Source: a virus (lineage: Duplodnaviria > Caudoviricetes). Taken from it: DNA of 54,562 nucleotides. The notes beneath the pieces are model-generated. The model worked only from the letters and a program-made list of their open reading frames with translations, was not told the origin of the DNA and did no database searches. The translations under genes were made by a program, and so were the position numbers. Of the stretch, positions 25,520 through 34,670 are shown piece by piece. Within the stretch, counting starts at the first letter, position 1. Each line of letters starts with the position of its first letter. The stretch lies in IMG/VR virus record IMGVR_UViG_3300042564_006016, positions 1-54,562 of that record; one strand, written 5' to 3'.

Positions 25520-26113
25520 TTACAATATATTTAAACTTGCTGGAGTAAGCATTTTTTTATCTCCAATTATTTTATCAGCCAAGCCATACTTTATACACTC
25601 ATCAGCGTACAAGAAAGCTGAGTCTTGCGCCCTTAGCTTTTCGACTTGCTCTTTAGTAAGTTTGGTATGGTATAAATAAAATTCAGCTTGTCTTTTTTTC
25701 CATATTTTTAAATGTTCAGCAGATCTTTCAAAATCTATTTCAGTATAACCACCAGTTGATCCTTGACCATAATGTACTAAATGCTCTCCCCAGGCTGTAA
25801 TATATCTATGACCTTTTGTGCCTGCTATTGCTAATTGTGAACCACAACTATAAGCAATACTTTCGACTATGGTTTCAACGATGATATTTTCTGATTTAGC
25901 TTGCTGGATAAAAGAAAAAAAAGCTCTTAAAATTGAGCTATCTCCACCATAGGAATTTATGCTAATCTTTATTTTACCTTGTTTTTTAGCTTTTTCTTGA
26001 TCAATTAGCTCGTAAAAATGTGGAAAAACTTCAGTAGTTATTGTTTTATCAAAATTACCGTGAATAAAAATGGTGTTATTTTGGATGAAGTTAAGTGATT
26101 TTGGTTCTGACAT
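25520..26113 (-). CDS. ClpP-like protease subunit
   Basis: INSYGG, AYSCGS (catalytic Ser), GTKGHRY, LVH, D..L.ADECIKYGLAD. Confidence 0.88.
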   Translation of the reverse strand: MSEPKSLNFIQNNTIFIHGNFDKTITTEVFPHFYELIDQEKAKKQGKIKISINSYGGDSSILRAFFSFIQQAKSENIIVETIVESIAYSCGSQLAIAGTKGHRYITAWGEHLVHYGQGSTGGYTEIDFERSAEHLKIWKKRQAEFYLYHTKLTKEQVEKLRAQDSAFLYADECIKYGLADKIIGDKKMLTPASLNIL

Positions 26114-26116
26114 AGA

Positions 26117-26491
26117 TTATTTAATAAAAAGTGGGTGATTTTTAATAGCTTTTTCTAAATCTAATGCAAACTGAGTTATTGAGCTTTTTATTGGTTCGAT
26201 AGTTACTGGGTCATCATAACCATATTCTTTAAAGCTAGGGTAGCTTGTAACTGTAAATTTGGTAAAGAAGGTGTTTAAAAAGACTGGAATTTTTATTTTT
26301 GTTTCATTCTTAAATTTAAGTGTTATGCCTTGCAAAACAGTGTCAGATTCTTGTAATTCTGTATAAGCAAAAATTCTTTCTATAATCACCCCTCCAGCCT
26401 CAAACTCTAAATAATCAGCAAACCCATTATAAAAATCAGATTTTTGAGCTTTTTCTAAAATATTTGTAGCAAGATTTGTAATCTCTGACAT
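26117..26491 (-). CDS. Hypothetical protein
   Basis: ORF in operon. Confidence 0.7.
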   Translation of the reverse strand: MSEITNLATNILEKAQKSDFYNGFADYLEFEAGGVIIERIFAYTELQESDTVLQGITLKFKNETKIKIPVFLNTFFTKFTVTSYPSFKEYGYDDPVTIEPIKSSITQFALDLEKAIKNHPLFIK

Positions 26492-26493
26492 AG

Positions 26494-26826
26494 TTATTTA
26501 TTAAAAATACCTTTAATTTTCTCCCAAAAAGTCTTTTTTTCTGCTAATTTATTTATTTTTTCACCTAAAATATTAACTAAATCTCTTATTTCTTGATGAT
26601 TTTTCTCTAAATCTACCAATTTTGTTGTATTATTTGTAATTAAAAAGCTATTTTCCCAAAAATTACGCTCATTTGTGGCTAAAATAGTGTCAAAGTACTG
26701 CATTATTACTAAAAGAGGCTCTGTATTGGACTTTTTCATATCGTCTAGCTCTTTTAGGCTAGCTGTTACTTTTAGATTGAGTAAATCTAGGTTTGTTTGG
26801 TCGGTTGGTGGGTTATTTTGAGTCAT
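26494..26826 (-). CDS. Hypothetical coiled-coil protein (KKTFWEKIKGIF tail)
   Basis: ORF in operon. Confidence 0.7.
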   Translation of the reverse strand: MTQNNPPTDQTNLDLLNLKVTASLKELDDMKKSNTEPLLVIMQYFDTILATNERNFWENSFLITNNTTKLVDLEKNHQEIRDLVNILGEKINKLAEKKTFWEKIKGIFNK

Positions 26827-27046
26827 ATTGAATTGATTCTTCTAGCTCGTCAGCAAATTTGCGAATTTTTTTGATAAATGCTGGTATGTCTAATTCTGCA
26901 TTTTTTAGATTCTGCGCTAAATAGGTTTTGCCAGTTCCTTTTTCTAGGAAAAATTTAATAACTTGTGCCTGAGCAGGAGACAGTATGGTTTTAGGTGGCT
27001 TATAAATAAAGAAAGGAAACTTATTTGAATTGTTATTTTGAGGCAT
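26813..27046 (-). CDS. Hypothetical protein
   Basis: ORF in operon. Confidence 0.6.
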   Translation of the reverse strand: MPQNNNSNKFPFFIYKPPKTILSPAQAQVIKFFLEKGTGKTYLAQNLKNAELDIPAFIKKIRKFADELEESIQYDSK

Positions 27047-27049
27047 ATT

Positions 27050-27175
27050 TTATTTTAAAAGTTTAGTAATTTGGGCTATTAACCAACTTGTAATAGAGGG
27101 AAACAATGACTTTTTTTTGGCTTCTAGTATTTTTGAATGGAGTTCTTCAGAGACTCTGATTCTTATTTCTTTCAT
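27050..27175 (-). CDS. Ribbon-helix-helix (Arc-like) regulator
   Basis: MKEIRIRVSEELHSKILEAK...SITSWLIAQI; ATG 27175. Confidence 0.7.
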   Translation of the reverse strand: MKEIRIRVSEELHSKILEAKKKSLFPSITSWLIAQITKLLK

Positions 27176-27257
27176 ATATAAAAAGTGGATTGAATGTGGA
27201 CAAAAAATGGATAAAAATTGCCACCTTGTCAAATATTTTTCTATTGTTCGGGTATAA

Positions 27258-28556
27258 ATGACTAAGGAAAAGTTGTTAAATCAAGAAATTATAGTTGACC
27301 AAGAGCCAAGTGGAATTATTTATCGTGCATATTTACCATTTTTTAGAGATAATGTTTCAAGCCTAAAAACTGATGATGAGGGTAGAAAATATAGGGTTGT
27401 AGAAGGAGCTATAATTGTTGACAGGCGTTCTATACAAGAACAGATGGGTTGGACTGATGAAGATGTAAGTGACCATTTTACTACTTTGTGGGAAGTGGAC
27501 GGATTTTTAACCGATGTGAGAAAGATTAACTTTGATTTTAGGCACAACGGAATTTCAACTGGTGCAATTGGAGAAAGAAGCTGGAAAGTAGATGACTATG
27601 AGATCCAAATTGATGACAAAATTCTAAAAGTTCCTGCAAGAATGTTGGCTGTAAGAGTTTATGAGGACAACCAAATAAGAATTAAAGGTAAAAATGGCGA
27701 AACAATAGAAGACGGAAGTTTATTAACTAATATTGAAAATGGGAGAGTCTTTACTTGGTCTGTGGAGTTTAAACCAGTAAGGCAAATGACAACTAGAAGT
27801 GGTTTAACCCTTTTTAAGACCTATCACACTCCTAGGATTTCCTTCCTAGATGTAACCCAAGGTATTCCTGACGCTGGTGGGTTCACTTTAAGGAGTTATT
27901 TAGAAGATAATTTAATTAACAACCAAACCAACCAACCAAATATGTCTTTAGAACAATTACAACAAGCACTTGCCAACGGCGAGATCACACAAGAACACCT
28001 TAGGTCTTTACTAGAGGCTGAGGAAACTAAAACTCCAGAAACTGACTCAGCAACCCCAGAGTCCCAAAGATCTGAATCAAAAATTGAGATTAAAGTAGGA
28101 GAGCCAACAGGTGAAGGGACTGATACTGCTCCAAAAGAAGGGGAAGGCGAGGAAACTCCACCAGCTCCAGCCGAAGCCGATCAAAATGGTGATGGTGAGC
28201 TTAGCGACAGCGAGGTAAGATCGTATATTAAAGAGCTTAAAAGAAGTTACGATAGTCCAGCCATGATCTCCGAGAAATTAGGTGAGCTTGAAAGATCTTT
28301 TGGTGAAATAAACGAAAGAATGAACGGCATGATAACAGCTGGACAAACAAAAACAGAAACCGACAAGTCCGAAGCAGAAATGCAAAGACAATATGAAGCT
28401 ACTCTTTCAGATATTCCAAACGAAGCCGAAAGCCAAGTAAGTGGCGATATGAAACGCCAGCTTGACCCAGCTGATAAGCCTAAGGTGGAACCTAAAAGAT
28501 TCACTCTTGAAGATATGCAAGCAGCTGAATTAAAAGCAAAACTATATCACAAATAA
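27258..28556 (+). CDS. Prohead protease-scaffold fusion
   Basis: Upstream of MCP; DFRH, WSVEF, RISFLD protease-like motifs; acidic/coiled C-terminal half. Confidence 0.7.
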   Translation: MTKEKLLNQEIIVDQEPSGIIYRAYLPFFRDNVSSLKTDDEGRKYRVVEGAIIVDRRSIQEQMGWTDEDVSDHFTTLWEVDGFLTDVRKINFDFRHNGISTGAIGERSWKVDDYEIQIDDKILKVPARMLAVRVYEDNQIRIKGKNGETIEDGSLLTNIENGRVFTWSVEFKPVRQMTTRSGLTLFKTYHTPRISFLDVTQGIPDAGGFTLRSYLEDNLINNQTNQPNMSLEQLQQALANGEITQEHLRSLLEAEETKTPETDSATPESQRSESKIEIKVGEPTGEGTDTAPKEGEGEETPPAPAEADQNGDGELSDSEVRSYIKELKRSYDSPAMISEKLGELERSFGEINERMNGMITAGQTKTETDKSEAEMQRQYEATLSDIPNEAESQVSGDMKRQLDPADKPKVEPKRFTLEDMQAAELKAKLYHK

Positions 28557-28567
28557 ATTATTTATAT

Positions 28568-29767
28568 ATGCCAAATTTTAACGAAAATATTGTTGAATTT
28601 TTAAACAACAGTAGTTCAAATTTTACATCTACAGTAGATGTACAAAGAAAAGCAGCTTTAGTCGAAGCTATGGAATCTACCAAAGGAGACTTTATAAGAT
28701 CTATCGACTTAATGTTAATTCACGATGAAGAACTCAGAAATGAATTTAACTACGAAGCTAGGAAACAAGGCAAAAGTGGAGTAGCTTACCCTATTCTTGC
28801 TAGAGGCTTGTTTGAAGCAGGTAAAATTGATGAGAAAACTTATCAGCGTGCTGCTGGAGTACTAGACACAGTAACCAACCCAGGAGGTGCAAATTTCCTA
28901 CAAACTACAGTAGCAAACTTTGTTGCTGAAACTATTGATGAAGTAGGTTTAGTAGCTAAAGAAGTCCAAAAATTTGACTTAAAAGGTGAAGGTAATTTAC
29001 AAATCCCTATTTTTAATCCAAAACTTAAATCTGCTTTTGCTGCTAACACTGCAAATTACACTGATTTAGGTTCGACTATTGAAAGTGGAATTGGTTTTAT
29101 TACTTTAAACTCACAAAAAGTTGGTGCTTACACTCAGCTAAGACCAGATTTCATGAATAAACTAGGTGCTGGAAGATTACAATTTATCTTAAAGCAACTT
29201 GCTGAAGCTCAAGCTCGTGCTTATGATGATGTCATTTTAAATGGTACTGGTTCTTCTCCAATCCCAACAGGTATGAATCAAAATGCTTTAACAGCAGGAA
29301 CAGATTTCGCAGTTGGTTCAGACATTTTTGATACATTGTTAAATGCAATCGAAACTATTTCTGACCGTAGAGCTGGAAGAACTTCTGATATCAGAATATT
29401 CATGAATACCTCAGCTAAACAAGAATTTGTTAAATTAGAAAGACTTTTGTCTAACGATAGAACTAATATCTTGCAAAGTTCAAAAGGAGGGCTAACAATT
29501 GCAGATTATCCTGTAATTATTACTGATGTAATTTTGAATACCAATGCTACAGCACCTGCAAATAAGACATCTTTAGTAACTGTTGGTTATGCTAATCAAT
29601 ACTACTGGGGTAACTCTAAAGCACCACAAGTTGTATCTGATAGTTCAGTTGGGTTCTTAAGTGAAACTGAGACTCTTAGAGTTTCTGGAATGGCTGATGG
29701 AAAACCAGCATTTAACAATGCATTTGCTAAATTTACAGTAACAACTGGAGTAGAAGGAACTTTATAA
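28568..29767 (+). CDS. Major capsid protein (HK97 fold)
   Basis: GGANFL, ITLNSQKVGAY, D..ILNGTGS..PTGM, IADYPVI, DGKP...AF. Confidence 0.9.
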   Translation: MPNFNENIVEFLNNSSSNFTSTVDVQRKAALVEAMESTKGDFIRSIDLMLIHDEELRNEFNYEARKQGKSGVAYPILARGLFEAGKIDEKTYQRAAGVLDTVTNPGGANFLQTTVANFVAETIDEVGLVAKEVQKFDLKGEGNLQIPIFNPKLKSAFAANTANYTDLGSTIESGIGFITLNSQKVGAYTQLRPDFMNKLGAGRLQFILKQLAEAQARAYDDVILNGTGSSPIPTGMNQNALTAGTDFAVGSDIFDTLLNAIETISDRRAGRTSDIRIFMNTSAKQEFVKLERLLSNDRTNILQSSKGGLTIADYPVIITDVILNTNATAPANKTSLVTVGYANQYYWGNSKAPQVVSDSSVGFLSETETLRVSGMADGKPAFNNAFAKFTVTTGVEGTL

Positions 29768-29777
29768 TCTTAATTTT

Positions 29778-29972
29778 ATGACTTATATAGTAAAAGCTAA
29801 CTTTACACTTGGAAACAAGACTTATTTTATAGGCGAGACTTTTGAAGAAAAATCCTTTGCTAATTTAGCAATCCTTCCTTATTTTCTACAAAATGATAGT
29901 GTAGAAATTTTAAAAGAAAAGCCTGTAAAAAAGGAAACAGCTGAAAAAACTGAACAAAAAAAACCTAACTAA
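29778..29972 (+). CDS. Small head-associated protein
   Basis: Typical small ORF after MCP (YIVKANF..Y.IGE). Confidence 0.65.
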   Translation: MTYIVKANFTLGNKTYFIGETFEEKSFANLAILPYFLQNDSVEILKEKPVKKETAEKTEQKKPN

Positions 29973-29975
29973 CCA

Positions 29976-30680
29976 ATGCCATCTCTAACTCTCTCTGAAA
30001 TTAAAGCTTTAATCCCTATAGAAGGGGAAATAAGCGATAGTCTCTTAGAGAGTTATAGTGAAATTGTAACCACAGAAGCGGATTTGCAACTTAGAAATAT
30101 TTTTGCCAGTCCGCTTCCTACGGTTACTGAAGCTAATTGTTATAACTACCAAACCTACAACACTTATGGAACTAGATTTGTGTCAGTTACCGCTTGGCAA
30201 CCAACAGCCTTGGTAATCAAAAAAATCTGTGTAGATAAATCAGAAAGTACAACTTTAACTGAGACTCCTTTAGTTTTTGGTACTGATTATGTGTTTTTTT
30301 ATGGCAAAACTGGTGGTAAAATACCTGGAATAAACCAACCTGTAACAGGTGTAAAACTAATAAACAATTATCTAAGCTATAACGAAAGGTTAAGATTGGC
30401 TGGTACTTACGGCTGGCAAGTTGGCTACCCTAGCAATGTTAAAGTGGCTTTAGCTCAAGCAATTGTAGATCTAGCAGGGCAAGCTCAAACTAACGCTGAA
30501 AATGGCGGGAGTAGTATTGCTTTTAGGATTAAAAACCGAACAGTCGAAAAAGAAATTGACCCAAAAATGCTTGAAAAACAAAACGCTGAAGCTAAAAATA
30601 TTTTAAGCGACCCAGAAACTCAATCAATTTTTAGAAGTTATCTAAACGCTGGTGATGAACTAATAAGTACAATTTGCTAA
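29976..30680 (+). CDS. Head-tail adaptor/connector
   Basis: Position; GTYGW...P.NVK.AL motif. Confidence 0.65.
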   Translation: MPSLTLSEIKALIPIEGEISDSLLESYSEIVTTEADLQLRNIFASPLPTVTEANCYNYQTYNTYGTRFVSVTAWQPTALVIKKICVDKSESTTLTETPLVFGTDYVFFYGKTGGKIPGINQPVTGVKLINNYLSYNERLRLAGTYGWQVGYPSNVKVALAQAIVDLAGQAQTNAENGGSSIAFRIKNRTVEKEIDPKMLEKQNAEAKNILSDPETQSIFRSYLNAGDELISTIC

Positions 30681-31025
30681 ATGACTTTTGCTAAACACCC
30701 AGTAACAATAACAGAAATTAAAGAGGTTGTAGTAGGAAAAACCCCAACCAAACAATCTACAGTTTTAATTGATAACAAAAGAATGGTTGTTGGCAGATAC
30801 CCAGCTTACCAAACCCTACAAATTAACAAACAATATGGACTAAATGCTCAGGCTTTGTATTTTATTTTATCTAAAAAACAAGACCCAATTATACCTCAAA
30901 ACTCAAGAGTTGTAACAAACATAAACGGTTTAGAAATTAAAGGGAAAGCCCTTTTTACCGAACCTTTCGAAGAGTCTGAAATTGGTTTTACTTTTGAAAC
31001 TACTTTTATGTCGGATAATCAGTAA
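30681..31025 (+). CDS. Putative head closure protein
   Basis: Position and size. Confidence 0.5.
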   Translation: MTFAKHPVTITEIKEVVVGKTPTKQSTVLIDNKRMVVGRYPAYQTLQINKQYGLNAQALYFILSKKQDPIIPQNSRVVTNINGLEIKGKALFTEPFEESEIGFTFETTFMSDNQ

Positions 31026-31033
31026 TTTAAATC

Positions 31034-31066
31034 GAGGGCTAATACTCGTCGCACCTTTTAGCCCTC
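31034..31066 (+). promoter_or_regulatory. Hairpin whose loop is complementary to the tail tube and TMP leaders
   Basis: GAGGGCTAA/TTAGCCCTC stem; loop CGTCGCACC matches GGTGCGACG at 32263 and 34647. Confidence 0.55.
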
Positions 31067-31082
31067 AACTTAACTTATTTTT

Positions 31083-31241
31083 ATGTCTCAAACTAAACCT
31101 CAACCAAAATACGAAATTGTAAGAAAAGATTTAATAAAAAATCAGTCTGAATTAGAAAACTTGCTTGAAAAAAAAGGTAATTTGGAGCTTTTATTAAGTC
31201 TTGGCTATATTGCTCCCGCAGAAGAGACAAAATCTAAATAA
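31083..31241 (+). CDS. Small hypothetical protein (52 aa, MSQTKPQPKY...)
   Basis: Read manually; fills the gap in the structural operon. Confidence 0.6.
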   Translation: MSQTKPQPKYEIVRKDLIKNQSELENLLEKKGNLELLLSLGYIAPAEETKSK

Positions 31242-31249
31242 AGCTAAAT

Positions 31250-31666
31250 ATGGCAATATTAACACAAAAAGGCTGGGTTGGTTTTGCAAGCGGGAATAAA
31301 AATATAATAATTACTGACTTTTTTAGCTTATTAAAAAAAAGTCAGCCTAAAATTGATAAAATGGCAACTGAAACTGTCAAAGAGCAGTTTGGGCTTTTTA
31401 ACCCGCCTATTAACTATGACAATGACCCAGGTAAAAGTACTGGCCTAACCAAAGCCGATACTAAAGCTTACTCTTTTTTTGGTGACAAAAATCTTGTTAT
31501 TAGATTTAAAACCCCAAACAACAGACCTTCAAGAGATGGGCAACTTAGAGGTTATGCTGTTTTTTCTTTGCTTGGGTTGTCAACCTCCAAAAAATACGGC
31601 GAGAGAAATTGGCTCAAAAAAGGAGCTGAAAAAACCTTTGAAAAAATTGCAAATAGTGAATTTTAA
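31250..31666 (+). CDS. HK97 gp10-like neck/tail completion protein
   Basis: STG.T, YA.F..LG.STSKKYG.RNWL. Confidence 0.6.
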   Translation: MAILTQKGWVGFASGNKNIIITDFFSLLKKSQPKIDKMATETVKEQFGLFNPPINYDNDPGKSTGLTKADTKAYSFFGDKNLVIRFKTPNNRPSRDGQLRGYAVFSLLGLSTSKKYGERNWLKKGAEKTFEKIANSEF

Positions 31667-31674
31667 CTTTAAAT

Positions 31675-32259
31675 ATGTTCGGTAATTATAAATACAACCC
31701 AAAAAATCCAGACGCTCTTTTAGAGAGTGACTTAGACAACTTTGTTTTTTGTCTTTTAAGTGATGTCTTGGAAGATTCAAGTAATTTGGATTTAAAAAAC
31801 GAAACTAAAATAAATTATGCTTTGATGACAGATGTAAATTTAGATGGTAAAAAGTTTTTGCTTTCATTTCAGCTAAACAAATTAGACCCTAGAAATGCAG
31901 ATTTCCTTAAAAAATTTGATGACACAGGTAAATATGCTGATGTTGTTTTTGAAATTGCTTTGATGACGCCTTTGGACACTAAAATTTTAGATACTGAAGA
32001 TTATTACAGTGGTGTAGAATTTAAAAGAATTTTTGAAACCTTGATTTTAGCTATTACTGATAATCATAACGCAGATCTTAACACTCCAATTGCTCCAAAC
32101 TACAAAGTAACTTTAGACAACGACAAAGTGCTTAGTAATAACCTAGAATTAAATAAAACTGATAATAATGCACAATATTTTATTAGCCAGATTAACGGAA
32201 ATACAGGCAATTACTTGACAGGATTAACAAACATTCTTTTTAGTATAGTTAAAGAGTAA
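31675..32259 (+). CDS. Putative tail terminator
   Basis: Position before the major tail protein. Confidence 0.5.
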   Translation: MFGNYKYNPKNPDALLESDLDNFVFCLLSDVLEDSSNLDLKNETKINYALMTDVNLDGKKFLLSFQLNKLDPRNADFLKKFDDTGKYADVVFEIALMTPLDTKILDTEDYYSGVEFKRIFETLILAITDNHNADLNTPIAPNYKVTLDNDKVLSNNLELNKTDNNAQYFISQINGNTGNYLTGLTNILFSIVKE

Positions 32260-32293
32260 TTGGGTGCGACGCTAATTTAACTACTGTTATTTA

Positions 32294-33577
32294 ATGTCCA
32301 ACATAAACTACGCACCCAAACTCAACCACGGAGGAGCCGCACAGTATAACGCAACTTACCGATACTGGCAATACAAAGATGATGTTGTAAGCAACTATCT
32401 ATATTTAGATGGCTCTACCTTAGCGACTCCTACAGTTTCAGGAACTGCTACCGCAACTCTTAGAACTGTTGACGGACCAAAAGGAGGAGAAATTGTTTAT
32501 TCTAGTAAAGACCCTAGCAACAAACCTTTGACAGGTAGAAATAACCCACCTTATTACAGAATTGCAAATGGAGCTACCGCGACTTCTCCAATTAAATTTA
32601 ATTTTTCAAGGAATTTAAGCTTGGATTATTGGAGTTCTATTACTATTCGACAAGTAGGAGGAAGCCCTGTAGCTGGTAAATTTAAGCTTAGATCAAGTGG
32701 AACTAACGAAAGAATTTTTAGCTTTACGACTGCTGGAACTGGCTGGGCAAACTTCAATTTCCAAAATTTGGTTGACGGGGTTGCTGGTGCTGGTGGAGAT
32801 CCTGTATGGGCAAGCATTACTGAAATTGAATTTACTCTGGATACTGTAAGTACTTCAATTGATGTAGCTTTTGTACAGACTGCAAATACTGTTCAACAGT
32901 TGATAGGCTACCAGCCAAATATAGAATTTGGTTGTATTAGTGAAGCTGAAATGGAAGACGCTATGGAGTCTGCTGATATTACTTGCGGACAAAGAGTTGA
33001 GGGTAAAATCCCAACTAGCGATGCAGTTTCGGTGGTTGTAAAATCTCAAACTGAAGATCCTGAGGCTATGGCTTTGAGAACTGGAGAAGTAGTAGTACAA
33101 GACAGGCATTACTATGATATAACCTATAACAGTCCTACAATTGGAAGGCGTGCTGTAAGTACTGGGGTAACAACTATTGACTCTGGATTGGATATTGTAA
33201 ATGTATATTATGGCGACATAAAACTAGCAAAGGTAGAAAGTGCTACTAATGTTCCTGTAAATGGTTTTCACTACACTGGTACTACTCTAACCACCAACAC
33301 CACTCAAATTGCTACAGGACAAATTTTGACCATTAAGACTAAAGTTTCGGCAATCATGAATGTAAGAAAGAGAAAAGCTTTGAAATTAGCACCTCTTGGA
33401 GAATTAACTTTTAATAGAAAAACCAAACAAGGAATCACAAAAATTGTGGTAATGCCTAAAGCCCAACCAATGATTGAACCTGAGTCTGCTGGCGATGTAG
33501 ATACTGTAGGTACTAAATTCTTTGCATACTTTGATAATGCAAGTGATAGCTACTACACAGAAGGCTACCAAGGCTAA
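32294..33577 (+). CDS. Major tail tube protein with extra inserted domains
   Basis: Directly upstream of chaperone and TMP; Gly/Thr-rich beta composition. Confidence 0.6.
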   Translation: MSNINYAPKLNHGGAAQYNATYRYWQYKDDVVSNYLYLDGSTLATPTVSGTATATLRTVDGPKGGEIVYSSKDPSNKPLTGRNNPPYYRIANGATATSPIKFNFSRNLSLDYWSSITIRQVGGSPVAGKFKLRSSGTNERIFSFTTAGTGWANFNFQNLVDGVAGAGGDPVWASITEIEFTLDTVSTSIDVAFVQTANTVQQLIGYQPNIEFGCISEAEMEDAMESADITCGQRVEGKIPTSDAVSVVVKSQTEDPEAMALRTGEVVVQDRHYYDITYNSPTIGRRAVSTGVTTIDSGLDIVNVYYGDIKLAKVESATNVPVNGFHYTGTTLTTNTTQIATGQILTIKTKVSAIMNVRKRKALKLAPLGELTFNRKTKQGITKIVVMPKAQPMIEPESAGDVDTVGTKFFAYFDNASDSYYTEGYQG

Positions 33578-33616
33578 CTTGACTAAAAAATAAAGCTAAT
33601 TATATGATAGGGGTGT

Positions 33617-34363
33617 ATGAGCGACACCCCTTTAGCTGTTGAGGCTGAAAATAGCCTTTTAAAAGCCAAAACTGATTTTTTAAAAGAATTTAAAATACCT
33701 GATTTTGTTTGTTATTCGATAGATAATAAAGCAGTTAGTCTTGTAGTAGAGTATCGTTTGAACTATGAAAATTTTAAGGCTACTAAAAATGTAGATAATA
33801 AAGTACAAGCTGAGCTTATAAATTTTATAACCAACGAAATAGAAGAGGTGGAGCAATTTTTAGCTAATACAGAAAAACCAGAAAATTATAATACCTTAAA
33901 AGAAGAAAAAGAAACTTTAGAAAATATTTTAAAAAACAACCCAACCCTTCCAAAAGAAAAGCAAACTGAAAATATAAAAAGATTAGAAACAATAGAATTA
34001 GAATTAAGTAACTTAAGAAATGATCTTTTTTTTAAAGAGATTGAAAATACTAAAGATACTCAAAAATTATTAGCTACTCCTAAATTAGCTAAATTAGTTT
34101 TAAGCTTTATGACTGCGGATAACACGGTGACTGAGTATAGAGAAATAGATCCTGAAGGCAAAGAAGCTATTTTAAAAAATAAAATTGTTAAATATTTTTT
34201 TGAAGGTCACGACAAAACAAAAGAGGAAGTTGAATCAATCAAAAAGAAAATGACTATTAGTAAATTTAAAGTTCTTTGTGTAGGGATCTGCCAAGAGCCT
34301 GAAAATGGTTTAGATAGTTCTATTACAGATTTTTTCGTAAAAACCCTGAGTATTCAAAATTAG
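33617..34363 (+). CDS. Tail assembly chaperone (gpG-like)
   Basis: Between tail tube and TMP; slippery T TTT TTC at 34330-34336. Confidence 0.7.
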   Translation: MSDTPLAVEAENSLLKAKTDFLKEFKIPDFVCYSIDNKAVSLVVEYRLNYENFKATKNVDNKVQAELINFITNEIEEVEQFLANTEKPENYNTLKEEKETLENILKNNPTLPKEKQTENIKRLETIELELSNLRNDLFFKEIENTKDTQKLLATPKLAKLVLSFMTADNTVTEYREIDPEGKEAILKNKIVKYFFEGHDKTKEEVESIKKKMTISKFKVLCVGICQEPENGLDSSITDFFVKTLSIQN

Positions 34364-34623
34364 AAAAAACTGCAGGGGAAGACCCAAACAAAGGGCAATA
34401 TCTTATTTGGTCTTTTCTGCCTGATATTTTTAGATTATGCATGAAAATATACAAAGACCTAGATTATGTAAAACCCCATAGTGTCAGAGAACAATATGAA
34501 ATGTATTTATTGCACCTTAACGACAAAGGGTTTCAATATAAAAATGGAAGAAACGCTAAGGGTGAAGATGTTTATATAGCCTCAGTGCCTTATTTGCTTA
34601 AAGTTGACAAAAGCAAACCTTAA
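34330..34623 (+). CDS. -1 frameshift extension of the tail chaperone (gpGT-like)
   Basis: -1 frame from the slippery site is open (RKNPEYSKLEK...) into the 34441..34623 ORF. Confidence 0.7.
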   Translation, partial: FFRKNPEYSKLEKTAGEDPNKGQYLIWSFLPDIFRLCMKIYKDLDYVKPHSVREQYEMYLLHLNDKGFQYKNGRNAKGEDVYIASVPYLLKVDKSKP

Positions 34624-34670
34624 AAGCTTAAATTTGTGTGATACAGGGTGCGACGGTTAATAACCAACCT

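Noticed and set aside
26813-27046. GTGKT as a P-loop ATPase
   Set aside because: 77-aa ORF with no Walker B or room for the fold
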